From: Eledone cirrhosa
Lineage: Eukaryota
DNA: 64,000 nucleotides
Assembly: GCA_964016885.1 (NCBI GenBank)
Contig: OZ024741.1
Span: forward strand, 38,688,001-38,752,000
Direction of reading: 5' to 3'
Shown here piece after piece: positions 24,830 to 36,800 of the stretch. The position numbers were made by a program, and so were the translations under genes. Under the pieces are notes generated by a model, which saw only the letters and a list, made by a program, of their open reading frames with translations, was not told the origin of the DNA and searched no databases. Within the stretch, counting starts at the first letter, position 1, and each line of letters begins with the position of its first letter.

Positions 24830-27800
24830 TAGGCATGAGGTCAGAATTACGTTTGGGTTAGGCATAGGATTAGCATTAGTATTAAGATAAAGGATATAGT
24901 TATAGTTAATGTTCGGTTTAGACTGAGGCTTAGAATTAGGGTTAGGGTTAATGTTATTAATAGGGATAGTGTTAGATTGGGGGATAAAGTTCGAATTAAG
25001 GTAAACGTTAGTGATAAGGTTAGTAATAGAGTTGGATTTAGTGGTGGGCTAAGGGTTGGGGTTAGTGGTAGGCTAAGGGTTAGGGTTAGTGGTAGGCTAA
25101 GGGTTGGGCATAGTGGTAGGCTAAGGCTTGGGCATAGTGGTAGGCTAAGGGTTGGGGTTAGTGGTAGGCTAAGGGTTGGGTTTAGTGGTAGGCTTATGGT
25201 TGGGGTTAGTGGTAGACTAAGGTTTGGGATTAGTGGTAGGATTAGGGTTGGACTTAGTGGTAGGCTAAGTGTTGGGTTTAGTTGTAGACTAAGGTTTGGG
25301 GTTAGTAGTAGACTAAGGGTCGGGGTTAGTGGTAGACTAAGGGTTGTGGTTAGTGGTAGGCTAAGGGTTGTGGTTAGTGGTAGGCTTGGGTTTGGGGTTA
25401 GTGGTAGACTAAGGGTTGGACTTAGTGGTAGACTAATGGTTGGGGTTAGTGGTAGACTAAGGGTTGGGGTTAGTGGTAGGGTTACAGTTGAGGTTAGTGG
25501 TAGGCTAGGGTTGAAGTTAGAGGTAGGTTTGGGTGGGGTTAGTGGTAGACTAACGGTTGTGGTTAGTGGTAGGCTAAGTGTTGGGGTTAGTGATAGGCTT
25601 AGGGTTGGGGTTAGTGGTAGACAAATAGTTGGGGTTAGTGGTAGGCTTATGGTTGGGGTTATTCGTAGACTGAGGGTTGGGGTTAGTGGTAGGCTAAGGG
25701 TTGGGGTTAGTGGTAGGCTTAGGGTTGGGGTTAGTGGTAGGCTAAGGGTTGGGATTAGTGGTAAACTAAGGGTTGGGGTTAGAGGTAGGCTTAGGGTTGA
25801 GGTTAGTGGTAGGCTTACGGTTGAGGTTAGTGGTAGGCTTAGGCTTGGGGTTAGTGGTAGGCTATGTGTTGGTGTTAGTGTTAGGCTTAAAGTTGAGGTT
25901 AGTGGTAGACTAAGGGTTGGGATTAATCGTAGGCTTAGGGTTGAGGATAGTGGTAGATTTAAGGTTGAGGTTAGTGGTAGGCTTAGGCTTGAAGTTAGTG
26001 GTAGGCTTAGGCTTGAAGTTAGTGGTAGGCTTAGGGCTGATGTTAGTGGCAGAATTAGGGTTGGGGTTATTGGTAGGCTAGGGGTTGGGGTTAGTGGTAG
26101 GCTTAGGGTTGGATTTAGTGGTAGACTAAGGGCTGGGGTTAGTGGTAGGCCTAGGATTGGGGTTAGTTGTAAGCTTAGAGTTGAGGTTAGTGGTAGAATA
26201 AGGGTTGGGGTTAGTGGTAGGCTAACGGTTGGGGTTAGTGGTAGGCTTAGGGTTGAGGTTAGTGGTAGGCTTAGGGTTGGGGTTAGTGGTAGGCTAATGG
26301 TTTATGTTTAGTGGTAGGCTAAGGGTTGGGGTTAGTGGTAGGCTTAGGGTTGAGGTTACTGGTAGGCTAGGCTTCAGGTTGGTGGTAGGCTAAGAGTTGG
26401 GCTTTGTGGTAGACTAAGGTTTGGAGTTAGGGGTAAGCTAAGGGTTGGGGTTAGTGGTAGACTAAGGGTTGGGGATAGTGATAGGCTAAGGGTTGGGGTT
26501 AGTGGCAGATTAATGGTTGTGGTTAGTGGTAGGCTAAGGGTTGTGGTTAATTGTAGGCTTAGGTTTGGGGTTAGTGGTAGACTAAGGGTTGGACTTAGTG
26601 GTAGACTAATGGTTGGGGTTAGTGGTAGACCAAGGGTTGGGGTTAGTGGTAGGGTTAGGGTTGAGATTAGTGGTAGGCTAGGGTTGAAGTTAGAGGTAGG
26701 TTTGGGTGGGGTTAGTGGTAGACTAAGGCTTGTGGTTAGTGGTAGGCTAAGGGTTGGGGTTAGTGATAGGCTTAGGGTTGGGGTTAGTGGTAGAGAAATA
26801 GTTGGGGTTAGTGGTAGGATTATGGTTGGGGTTAATCGTAGACTGAGGGTTGGGGTTAGTGGTAGGCTAAGAGTTGGAGTTAGTGGTAGGTCTATGTTTG
26901 GGGTTAGTGGTAGACTAAGGTTTGGGTTAGTGGTAGACTTAGGGTTGGGGTTAGAGGTAGGCTTAGGGTTGAGGTTAGTGGTAGGCTTACGGTTGAGGTT
27001 AGTGGTAGGCTTAGGTTGGGGTTAGTGGTAGGCTAAGGCTTGGGGTTAGTGGTAGGCTATGGGTTGGTGTTAGTGGTAGGCTTAAAGTTGAAGTTAGTGG
27101 TAGACTAAGGGTTGGGATTAGTCGTAGGCATAAGGTTGAGGATAGTCGTAGATTTAGGGTTGAGGTTAGTGGTAGGCTTAGGCTTGAAGTTAGTGGTAGG
27201 CTTAGGGCTGATGTTAGTGGTAGGATTAGGGTTGGGGTTATTGGTAGGCTAAGGGCTGGGGTTAGTGGTAGGCTTAGTGTTGGGCTTAGTGGTAGACTAA
27301 GGGTTGGGGTTAGTGGTAGGCTTAGGATTGGGGTTAGTTGTAGGCTTAGAGTTGAGGTTAGTGGTAGAATAAGTGATGGGGTTAGTGGTAGACTAAGGGT
27401 TTGGGTTAATGGTAGGCTAAAGATTTGGGTTAGTGGTAGGCTAAGGGTTGGAGTTAGTGGTAGACGAAGGGTTGGGTTGAGTGGTAGATTAAGGGTTGGG
27501 GTTAGTGGTAGGCTAACGGTTGGGAACAGTGGTAGGCTTATGGTCGAAGTTAGTGGTAGGCTTAGGGTTGGGGTTAAAGGTAGGCTAATGGTTTAGGTTT
27601 AGTGGTAGGCTAAGTGTTTGGGTTAGTGGTAGGCTTAGGGTTGAGGTTAGTGGTAGGCTTAGGCTTTAGGTTAGTGGTAGGCTAAGAGTTGGGCTTTGTG
27701 GTAGACTAAGGTTTGGGGTTAGGGGTAAGCTAAGGGTTGGGGTTAGTGGTAGGATTAGGGTCGGGGTTAGTGGTAGACTAAGGGTTTGGGTTAGTGGTAG

Positions 27801-30800
27801 ACTAAGCCTTGGAGATAGAGGTAGGCGAAGGGTTGGGGTTAGTGGCAGGATTAGACTTGGGGTTAGTGGTAGACTAACGGTTGGGGTTAATGCTATGTTA
27901 AAGGTTTGGGTTAGTGGTAGACTAAGGGTTGGGCTTTGTGGTAGGCTTAGGGTTGGGGTTAGTGGTAGGCAAAGGGTTGGGCTTAGTGCTAGGCTAAGGG
28001 TTCTGGTTAGTGGTAGGCTAAGGGTTGGGCTTAGTGTTAGGCTAAGGGTTGGGGTTAGTGGTAGACTAAGAATTGGGGCTAGAGTTAGACTAAGTGTTGG
28101 GGTTAGAGGTAGGCGAAGGGTTGGAGTTAGTCGTAGACTAAAGGTTGGGGTTAGTGGTAGGCTAATGGTTGTGGTTAGTGGTAGACTAAGTGTTGTTGTT
28201 AGTGGCAGGCTTAGGGTTAGGCTTAGTCGTAGGCTAAGGGTTGGGGTTAATGGTAGACTAAGGGTTGGGGTTAGTGGTAGGCGTAAGATTGGGTTAGTTG
28301 TAGGCTTAGAGTTGGGGTAAGTGGTAGAAAAAGGGTTGGGGTTAGTGGTAGGCTAAGGGTTGTGGTTAGTGGTAGGCTTAGGGTTGAGGTTAGTGGTAGG
28401 CTTAGGGTTGGTGGTAGACTAATGTTATAGGTTTAGTGGTAGGCTAAGTGTTGGGGTTAGTGGTAGGCTTAGGGTTGAGTTTAGAGGAAGACTAAGGGTC
28501 GGGGTTAGTGGTAGGCTTAGTGTTGGGGTTAGTGGTAGACTAAAGGTTGGGGATAGTGGTTGGCTAAGGGTTGGGGTTAGTGGCAGTCTTAGGTTTGGGG
28601 TTAGTGGTAGACTAAGGGATGGGGTTAGTGGTAGACTAAGGGTTTGGGTTAATGGTAGGCTAAAGGTTTGGGTTAGTGGTTGACTTAGGGTTGTGCTTAG
28701 TGGTAGACAAAAGGTTGGGGTTAGCGGTAGGCTTAGGGTTGGGATTAGTGGTAGCCTAAGGGTTGGGGTTAGTGGTAGACTAAGGGTTGGGGTTAGTGGT
28801 AGGCTTATGGTAGGGGTTATTGGTAGACTGAGGGTTGGGGTTAGTGGTAGGCTAAGGTTTGGGGTTAGTGGTAAAATAAGGGTCGGGGTTTGTGGTAGAC
28901 TATGGTTTTGTCTTAGTGGTAGGCTAAACTTTGAGGTTAGTGGTAGGCTAAGGGTTGGGCTTTGTGGTAGGCTTAGGGTTGGAGTTAGTGGTAGGCTAAG
29001 GTTTGGGCTTAGTGGTAGGCTAAGGGTTGGGGTTAGTGCTAGGCTAAGGGCTGGGCTTATTGGAAGGCTAACGGTTGGGGTCAGTGGTAGACTAAGGGTT
29101 GGGGTCAGTGGTAGACTAAGGCTTGGGGCTAGAGGTAGACTAAGGATTGTGGTTAGTGGTAGACTAAGGGTTGGAGTTAGTGGTAGGCTAAGTATTGAGG
29201 TTAGTTGTAGGCTTAGAGTTGGGGTTAGTGGTAGGCTAAGGGTTGGGATTAATGGTAGACTAAGGGTTGGGGTTAGTCGTAGGCATACTGTTGGGTTCAG
29301 TGGTATGATTAGGGTTGGGGTTAGTAGTAGAGTAAGGGTTGTGGTTAGTGGTACACTCAGGGTTGGGGTTAGTGGTAGGCTAAGGGTTGCGGTTACTGTT
29401 CGACTAAGTGTGAGGTTAGTGGTAGATTAATGGTTGGGGTTAGTTGTAGGGTTAGGGTTGGGGTTAGTGGTAGGGTTAGGGTTGGAGTTAATGGTTGGCT
29501 TAGGGTTGAGGTTAGTGATAGTCTTAGGGTGGAGATTAGTGGTAGGCTTTGGGTGCGTTTACTGGTAGGCTAAGGGTTGGGGTTAGTGCTAGGGTTAGGG
29601 TTGAAGTTAGTGGTAGACTAAGGGTTGGGTTTAGTGGTAGACTAAGGGTTGGGGTTGATGATAGGCTTAGGGTTGGTGTTACCGGTAGACAAACAGTTGG
29701 GGTTAGCGTAGGCTTAGGGTTGAGGTTAATGTTAGGCTTAGGTTTGAGATTAGTGGTAGCCTTAGGGTTGGAGTTAGTGGTAGGCTAAGGCTTGGGGCTA
29801 GTGGTAGCCTAAGGGTTTGGGGTTAGTGGTAGGCTTAGGGTTGGGGTCAGTCGTTGGCTTAGGGTTGAGGTTAGTGGTAGGGTTAGGGTTGAGGTTAGTG
29901 GTAGGCTAAGGGTTGCGCTTTGTGGTAGACTAAGGTTTGGTGTTAGTGATAAACAAAGGGTTGGGTTTAGTGGAAGGCTTAGGTTTGATGTCAGTGGTAA
30001 GCTTAGGGTTGGGGTCAGTGGTGGACTAAGGGTTCGGGTTAGCGGTAGGCCTAGGGTTGTGGTCAGTGGTCAGTTTAGGGTTGGGGTTAGTTGTAGGCTT
30101 CGGGTTGGGGTTAATGGTAGGCTTAGGGTTGAGGTTAGTGGTAGACTAAATGTTGGGGTTAGTGGTAACCTTAGGGTTGGGGTTAATCGGGTAGGCTTAG
30201 GGTTGAGGTTAGTGGTAGACTAAGGGTTGAGGTTAGTATTAGGCTTAGTGTTGGAGTTAGTGGTAGACTATGGGTTGGGGTTAGTGGTAGTCTAAGGGTT
30301 GGGGTTAGTGGTAGACTAAGAGTTGGGCTTTTTGGAATTCTAAGCGTTGGGGTTACTGGGAGGCTAAGGGTTGGGTTAGTGGCAGACAAAAGTCGGGGTT
30401 AGTGGTAGGATTAGGGTTGGGGTTAGTTTTAGATTAAGGGTTGGGGTTAGTGGTAGACTAAGGGTTGGGATTATTGTTAGGCATATGGTTGGGGTTATTG
30501 TACGCTTATAGTTGGGGTTAGTAGGATAGTAAGCGATGAGGTTACTGTTACATTAAGGGCGGGGTTAGCGGTAGGCTTATGGTTGGGGTTAGTGGTAGGT
30601 TTAGTGTTGAGGGTAGTGTTAAGAATAAGGTTGTGGTTAGAGGTTTTCTTAGGGTTGGGGTTAGTGGTAGTCTAAGGGTTGGGGCTAGTGGTAGGCTAAG
30701 GGCTGGGGTTAGTGGTAGCCTTAGGGTTGAGGTTAGTGGTAGACTAAGGGTCGGGGTTAGTTGTAGACTTAGAGTTGAGGTTAGTGGTAGACTAAGGTTC

Positions 30801-33800
30801 GGGCTTAGAGGTAGGCTTAGGGTTGAGGTTAGTGTTAGGCTTAGGGTTGAGGTTAGTCGTAGGCTTAGGGTTGGGGTTATTGGTAGACTAAGGCTTGGGT
30901 TTAGTGGTAGGCTATGGGTCGGTGTTAGTGGTAAGCTTAAGTTTGAGGTTAGTTGTAGACTAAGGGTTGGGATTAGTGGTAGGCTTAGGCTTGAAGTTAC
31001 TGGTAGACTAGGTGTTGAGTTTAGTGGTAGGCTTAGGGTTGAGGTTAGTGGTAGGCTTAGGGTTGATGTTAGTGGTAGGAATAGGGTTTGAGTTATTGGT
31101 AGGCTAAGGTTGGGCTTAGTCGTAGGCTAAATGTTGGGGTTAGTGGTAGGCTTAGATTTGGGGTTAGTGGTAGGCTAAAGTTTGGGTTAGTGGTAGAATA
31201 AGTGTTGGCGTTAGTGGTGGCTAAGGGTTGGTGTTAGTGGTAGGCTCAGTGTTGAGGTTAGTGGTAGGCTTAGGGTTGGAGTTAGTGGTAGGTTAATGGT
31301 TGGGGTTAGTGGTAGGCTAAGTGTTGGGGTTAGTGGTAGGCTTATGGTTGAGGTTAGTGGTAGGCTAAGTGTTGGGCTTTGTGGTAGATTATGGTTTGGG
31401 GTTAGTGATAAGCTAAGAGTTGGGCTTAAAGGTAGGGTAAAGGTTGGGGTTAGTGGTAGACTAGGGGTTGAGGTTAGTGGTAGAATTAGGGTTTGGGTTA
31501 GTGGTAGGCTGAGATTTGGGGTTAGTGGTAGGCTTAGGTTTGATTTTAGTGGTAGACTAATGGTTGGGTTTAGTGGTAGGCTTAGTATTGCGGTTAGTGG
31601 TAATCTAATGGTTGTGGTTAGTGGTAGACTAAGGGTTGGGCTTAGTGGTAGGCTTAGGGTTGGGGTAAGTGTTAGACTAAGGGTTGGGGTTAATGGTTGG
31701 CTTATGGTTGGGGTTATTGTTACACTGAGGTTTGCTGTTAGTGGTAGACTAAGTGTTGGGGTTAGTGGTAATTATAGGGTTGGGGTTATTAGTAGACTAA
31801 GGGTTGGGGTTAGTGGCAGAGAATGGGTTGGGGTTAGTGTTAGGCTAAGGGTTGGATTTAGTGGTATGCTAAGGGTTGGGGTTAGTGACAGGCTTAGGGT
31901 TGGTGTTAGTGGTAGGCTTAGTGTTGAGGTTAGTGGTAGGCTTACGGTTGAGGTTAGTGGTAGGCTAAGGTCTGCGCTTTGTAGTAGACTAAGGTTTGGG
32001 GTTAGTGGTAGGCTAAGGGTTGGGATTAGTGGTAGGCCTAGGGTTGGGGTCAGTGGTGGACTAAGGGTTGGGGTTAGTATTAGGCTTACGGTTGAGGTTA
32101 GTGGTAGAATAAGGGTTGGGGTTAGTGGTAGATTAGGGTTGGGGTAAGTCGGGTAGATTATGGGTTGGGGTTAGTGCTAGTCTAAGGGTTGGAGTTAGTG
32201 GTAGCTTAGAGTTGGGGTTAGTGGTAGGCTAAGGGTTGGGGTTAGTGGGAGGCTAAGGGTTGGGGTTAGTGGTAGACTAAGGGTTGGTGTTAATGTTAGG
32301 CTATTGGTTGGGGCTAGTGGTCGGCTAAGGGTCGGTGTTAGTGGTAGGCTTAGGGTTGTGGTTAGTATTACATTAAGGGTGGGGTTAGTGGTAGGCTTAT
32401 GGTTGGGGTTAGTGGTAGGCTCAGGGTTGAGGGTAGTGGTAGGCTTATGGTTGTGGTTACAAGTATGCTTAGGGTTGGGGTTTGTGATAGTCTAAGAGTT
32501 GTGGTTAGTGGTAGTCTAAGAGTTGTGGTTAGTGGTAGGCTAAGGGCTGGGGTCAGTGGTAGCCTTAGGGTTGATGTTAGTGGTAGAACAAGGGTCGGGG
32601 TTAGTGGTAGATTAAGTGTTGTGTTTAGTGGTAGGCTAAGAGTTGAGGTTAGTTGTAGGCTTAGGTTTGGGGTTAGTGGTAGACTAAGGGTTGCGGTTAG
32701 TGGTGGACTAATGGTTGGGGTTAGTGGTAGACTAAGGGTTGGAGTTAGTGGTAGGCTTAGGGTTGGGGTCAGAGGTAGGCTTACGGTGGGGTTAGTAGTA
32801 GACTAAGAGTTGGGGTTAGTGGTAATGTTGGGTTTAGTGGTAGGGTTGGGTTTAGTGGTCGGCTAAGGGTTGGGGTTAGTGGTAGGCTTAGGGTTGAGGT
32901 TAGTGGTAGCCTAAGGGTTGGGGTCAGTGGTAGACTAAGGGTTGGAATTAGTGGTAGGCTAAGGGTTGGGGTTAGTAATAGGCTTAGTGTTGGGGTTAGT
33001 GGTAGACAAATAGTTGGGGTTAATGGTAGGCTTACGTTGGGGTTAGTAGTAGACTAAGAGTTGGGGTTAGTGGTAGGTTTGGGGTTAGTGGTAGCCTAAG
33101 GGTTGGGGTTATTGGTAGACTGAGGGTTGAGGTTAGTGGTAGGCTAAGGGTTGGGCTTAGAGGTAGGCTTAGGTTTGAGGTTAGTGGTAAGCTTACGGTT
33201 GAGGTTAGTGGTAGGCTTAGGGTTGGGATTTGTGGTAGACTAAGGTTTGGGGTTAGGGGTAAGCTAAGTGTTGGTGTTAGTGGTAGGCTTAGGATTGGGG
33301 TTAGTGGTAGGTTAATGGTTGGGGTTATTGGTAGACTAAGGGTCGGGGTTAGTGGTAGGCTTAGGGTTGAGGTTAGTGGTAGACTAAGGGTCGGGGTTAG
33401 TGGTAGGCTTAGTGTTGGGGTTAGTGGTAGACGAAGGGTTGGTGTTAGTGATAGACTAAGGGTTTGGGGATAGTTGTAGGCTAAGGGTTGGGGTTAGTGG
33501 CAGGATTATGTTTTGGGTTAGTGGTAGACTAAGGGGTGGGGTTAGTGGTAGACTAAGGGTTGGGTTAATGGTAGGCTAAAAGTTTGGGTTAGTGGTAGGC
33601 TTAGAGTTGGGCTTAGTGGTAGGATTAGTGTTAGGGTTATTGGTAGGCTAAGGGTTGGTGTCAATAGTAGGTTTAGGGTTGGGCATAGTGGTAGGCTTAG
33701 GGTTGGGGTTATTTTATGACTAAGGGTTGGGGTTATTGGTAGGCTATGGTTGGGGTTATTGGCAGACTGAGGGTTCTGTTAGTGGTAGACTATGTGTTGG

Positions 33801-36800
33801 GGTTAGTGGTAAACTTAGGGTTGGGGTTAGTAGTAGACTAATGGTTGGGGTTAGTGGTAGACTATGGGGTGGGGTCAGTGTTAGGCTAAGGGTTGGGTTT
33901 AGTGGTATGCTAAGGGTTGGGGTTAGTGGTAGGTTTAGGGTTGAGGTCAGTGGTGGACTAAGGGTTGGGGTTAGTGGTAGTCTAAGGTTTGGGGTTAGTG
34001 ATAGACTAAGGGTTGGGTTTAGTGGTAGCCTAGGGTTGGGGTTAGTGGTAGGCTAAGGGTTAGGGTTAGTGGTAGACTAAGGGTTGGGCTTATTGGTAGA
34101 CTAAGGGTTGGTGTTAGTGGGAGGCTATTGGTTGGCGCTAGTGGTGGGTTAAGGGTTGGAGTTAATGGTAGACTAAGGGTTGGGCTTTGTGGAAGGCTTA
34201 GGGTTGGGGTTAGTGGGAGGCTAAGGGTTGGGGTTAGTGGTAGACTAAGGGTCGAAGTTAGTGGTAGGATTAAGGTTGGGGTTAGTGGTAGATTAAGGGT
34301 TGGGGTTAGTGGTAAGATAAGTTTTGGTGTTAGTGGTAGAGAAAGGGTTTGGGTTAATGGTAGGCTTAGGGTTGAGGTTAATGGTAGGCTTAGGGTTGAG
34401 GTTAGTGGTAGGCTTAGGGTTGGGGTTAGAAGTAGGCTAAAGGTGGGGGTTAATATTAGGCTAAGGTTTGGTTTTAGTGGTAGGCTTAGAGTTGTGGTTA
34501 GTGTTCCATTAAGGGTGGTTTAGTAGTAGGCTTAGGGTTGGGGTTTGTGGTAGGCTTAGGGTTGAGGGTAGTGGTAGGCTTAGGGTTGTGGTTAGAGGTA
34601 TGCTTAGGGTGGGGGTTAGTGATAGTCTAAGTGTTGGGGTTAGTGGTAGGCTAAGGGTTGTGGTTAGTGGTAGCCTTAGGGTTGAGATTAGTGGTAGATT
34701 AATGGTTGCGGTTAGTGGTAGGGTTAGGGTTGAGGTTAGTGGTAGGCTTAGGGTTGAGGTTAGGGGTAGGCTTAGGGTGGGGTTAGTAGTAGACTAAGGG
34801 TTGGGGTTAGTGGTAGGCTTACGGTTAAGGTTAGTGGTAGGATTAGGGTTGGGGTTATTGGTAGGCTAAGGGTTGGGCTTAGTCGTAGGCTAAAGGTTGG
34901 GGTTAGTGGCAGACTTAGGGTTGGGGTTAGTGGTAGGCTAAGTGTTGGGGTTAGTGGTAGCTTAGAGTTGGGGTTAGTGGTAGGCTAAGGGTTGGGGTTA
35001 GTGGGAGGCTAAGGGTTGGGGTTAGTGGTAGACTAAGGGTTGGTGTTAATGTTAGGCTATTGGTTGGGGCTAGTGGTCGGCTAAGGGTCGGTGTTAGTGG
35101 TAGGATTAAGATTGGTGTTAGTGGTAGACTAAGGTTTGGAGTTAGTGGTAAACTAAGGGTTGGGGTTATTGGTAGTATAAGGGTTGGGTTTAGTGGTAGA
35201 GAAAGGGTTGGGGTTAATGGTAGGCTTAGGGTTGAGTTTAGTGGTAGGCTTAGGGTTGGTGTTAGTAGTAGACTAAAGGTCGGGGTTAATATCAGGCTAA
35301 GGTTTGGTGTTAGTGGTAGGCTTAGGGTTGTGGTTAGTATTACATTAACGGTGGGGTTAGTGGTAGGCTTATGGTTGGGGTTAGTGGTAGGCTCAGGGTT
35401 GAGGTTAATGGTAGGCTTAGGGTTGAGGTTAGTGGTAGGCTTAGGGTTGGGGTTAGAAGTAGGCTAAAGGTGGGGGTTAATATTAGGCTAAGGTTTGGTT
35501 TTAGTGGTAGGCTTAGAGTTGTGGTTAGTGTTCCATTAAGGGTGGTTTAGTAGTAGGCTTAGGGTTGGGGTTTGTGGTAGGCTTAGGGTTGAGGGTAGTG
35601 GTAGGCTTAGGGTTGTGGTTAGAGGTATGCTTAGGGTGGGGGTTAGTGATAGTCTAAGTGTTGGGGTTAGTGGTAGGCTAAGGGTTGTGGTTAGTGGTAG
35701 CCTTAGGGTTGAGATTAGTGGTAGATTAATGGTTGCGGTTAGTGGTAGGGTTAGGGTTGAGGTTAGTGGTAGGCTTAGGGTTGAGGTTAGGGGTAGGCTT
35801 AGGGTGGGGTTAGTAGTAGACTAAGGGTTGGGGTTAGTGGTAGGCTTACGGTTAAGGTTAGTGGTAGGATTAGGGTTGGGGTTATTGGTAGGCTAAGGGT
35901 TGGGCTTAGTCGTAGGCTAAAGGTTGGGGTTAGTGGCAGACTTAGGGTTGGGGTTAGTGGTAGGCTAAGTGTTGGGGTTAGTGGTAGCTTAGAGTTGGGG
36001 TTAGTGGTAGGCTAAGGGTTGGGGTTAGTGGGAGGCTAAGGGTTGGGGTTAGTGGTAGACTAAGGGTTGGTGTTAATGTTAGGCTATTGGTTGGGGCTAG
36101 TGGTCGGCTAAGGGTCGGTGTTAGTGGTAGGATTAAGATTGGTGTTAGTGGTAGACTAAGGTTTGGAGTTAGTGGTAAACTAAGGGTTGGGGTTATTGGT
36201 AGTATAAGGGTTGGGTTTAGTGGTAGAGAAAGGGTTGGGGTTAATGGTAGGCTTAGGGTTGAGTTTAGTGGTAGGCTTAGGGTTGGTGTTAGTAGTAGAC
36301 TAAAGGTCGGGGTTAATATCAGGCTAAGGTTTGGTGTTAGTGGTAGGCTTAGGGTTGTGGTTAGTATTACATTAACGGTGGGGTTAGTGGTAGGCTTATG
36401 GTTGGGGTTAGTGGTAGGCTCAGGGTTGAGGGTAGTGGTAGGCTTATGGTTGTGGTTACAAGTATGCTTAGGGTTGGGGTTTGTGATAGTCTAAGAGTTG
36501 TGGTTAGTGGTAGTCTAAGAGTTGTGGTTAGTGGTAGGCTAAGGGCTGGGGTCAGTGGTAGCCTTAGGGTTGATGTTAGTGGTAGAACAAGGGTCGGGGT
36601 TAGTGGTAGATTAAGTGTTGTGTTTAGTGGTAGGCTAAGAGTTGAGGTTAGTTGTAGGCTTAGGTTTGGGGTTAGTGGTAGACTAAGGGTTGCGGTTAGT
36701 GGTAGACTAATGGTTGGGGTTAGTGGTAGACTAAGGGTTGGAGTTAGTGGTAGGCTTAGGGTTGGGGTCAGAGGTAGGCTTACGGTGGGGTTAGTAGTAG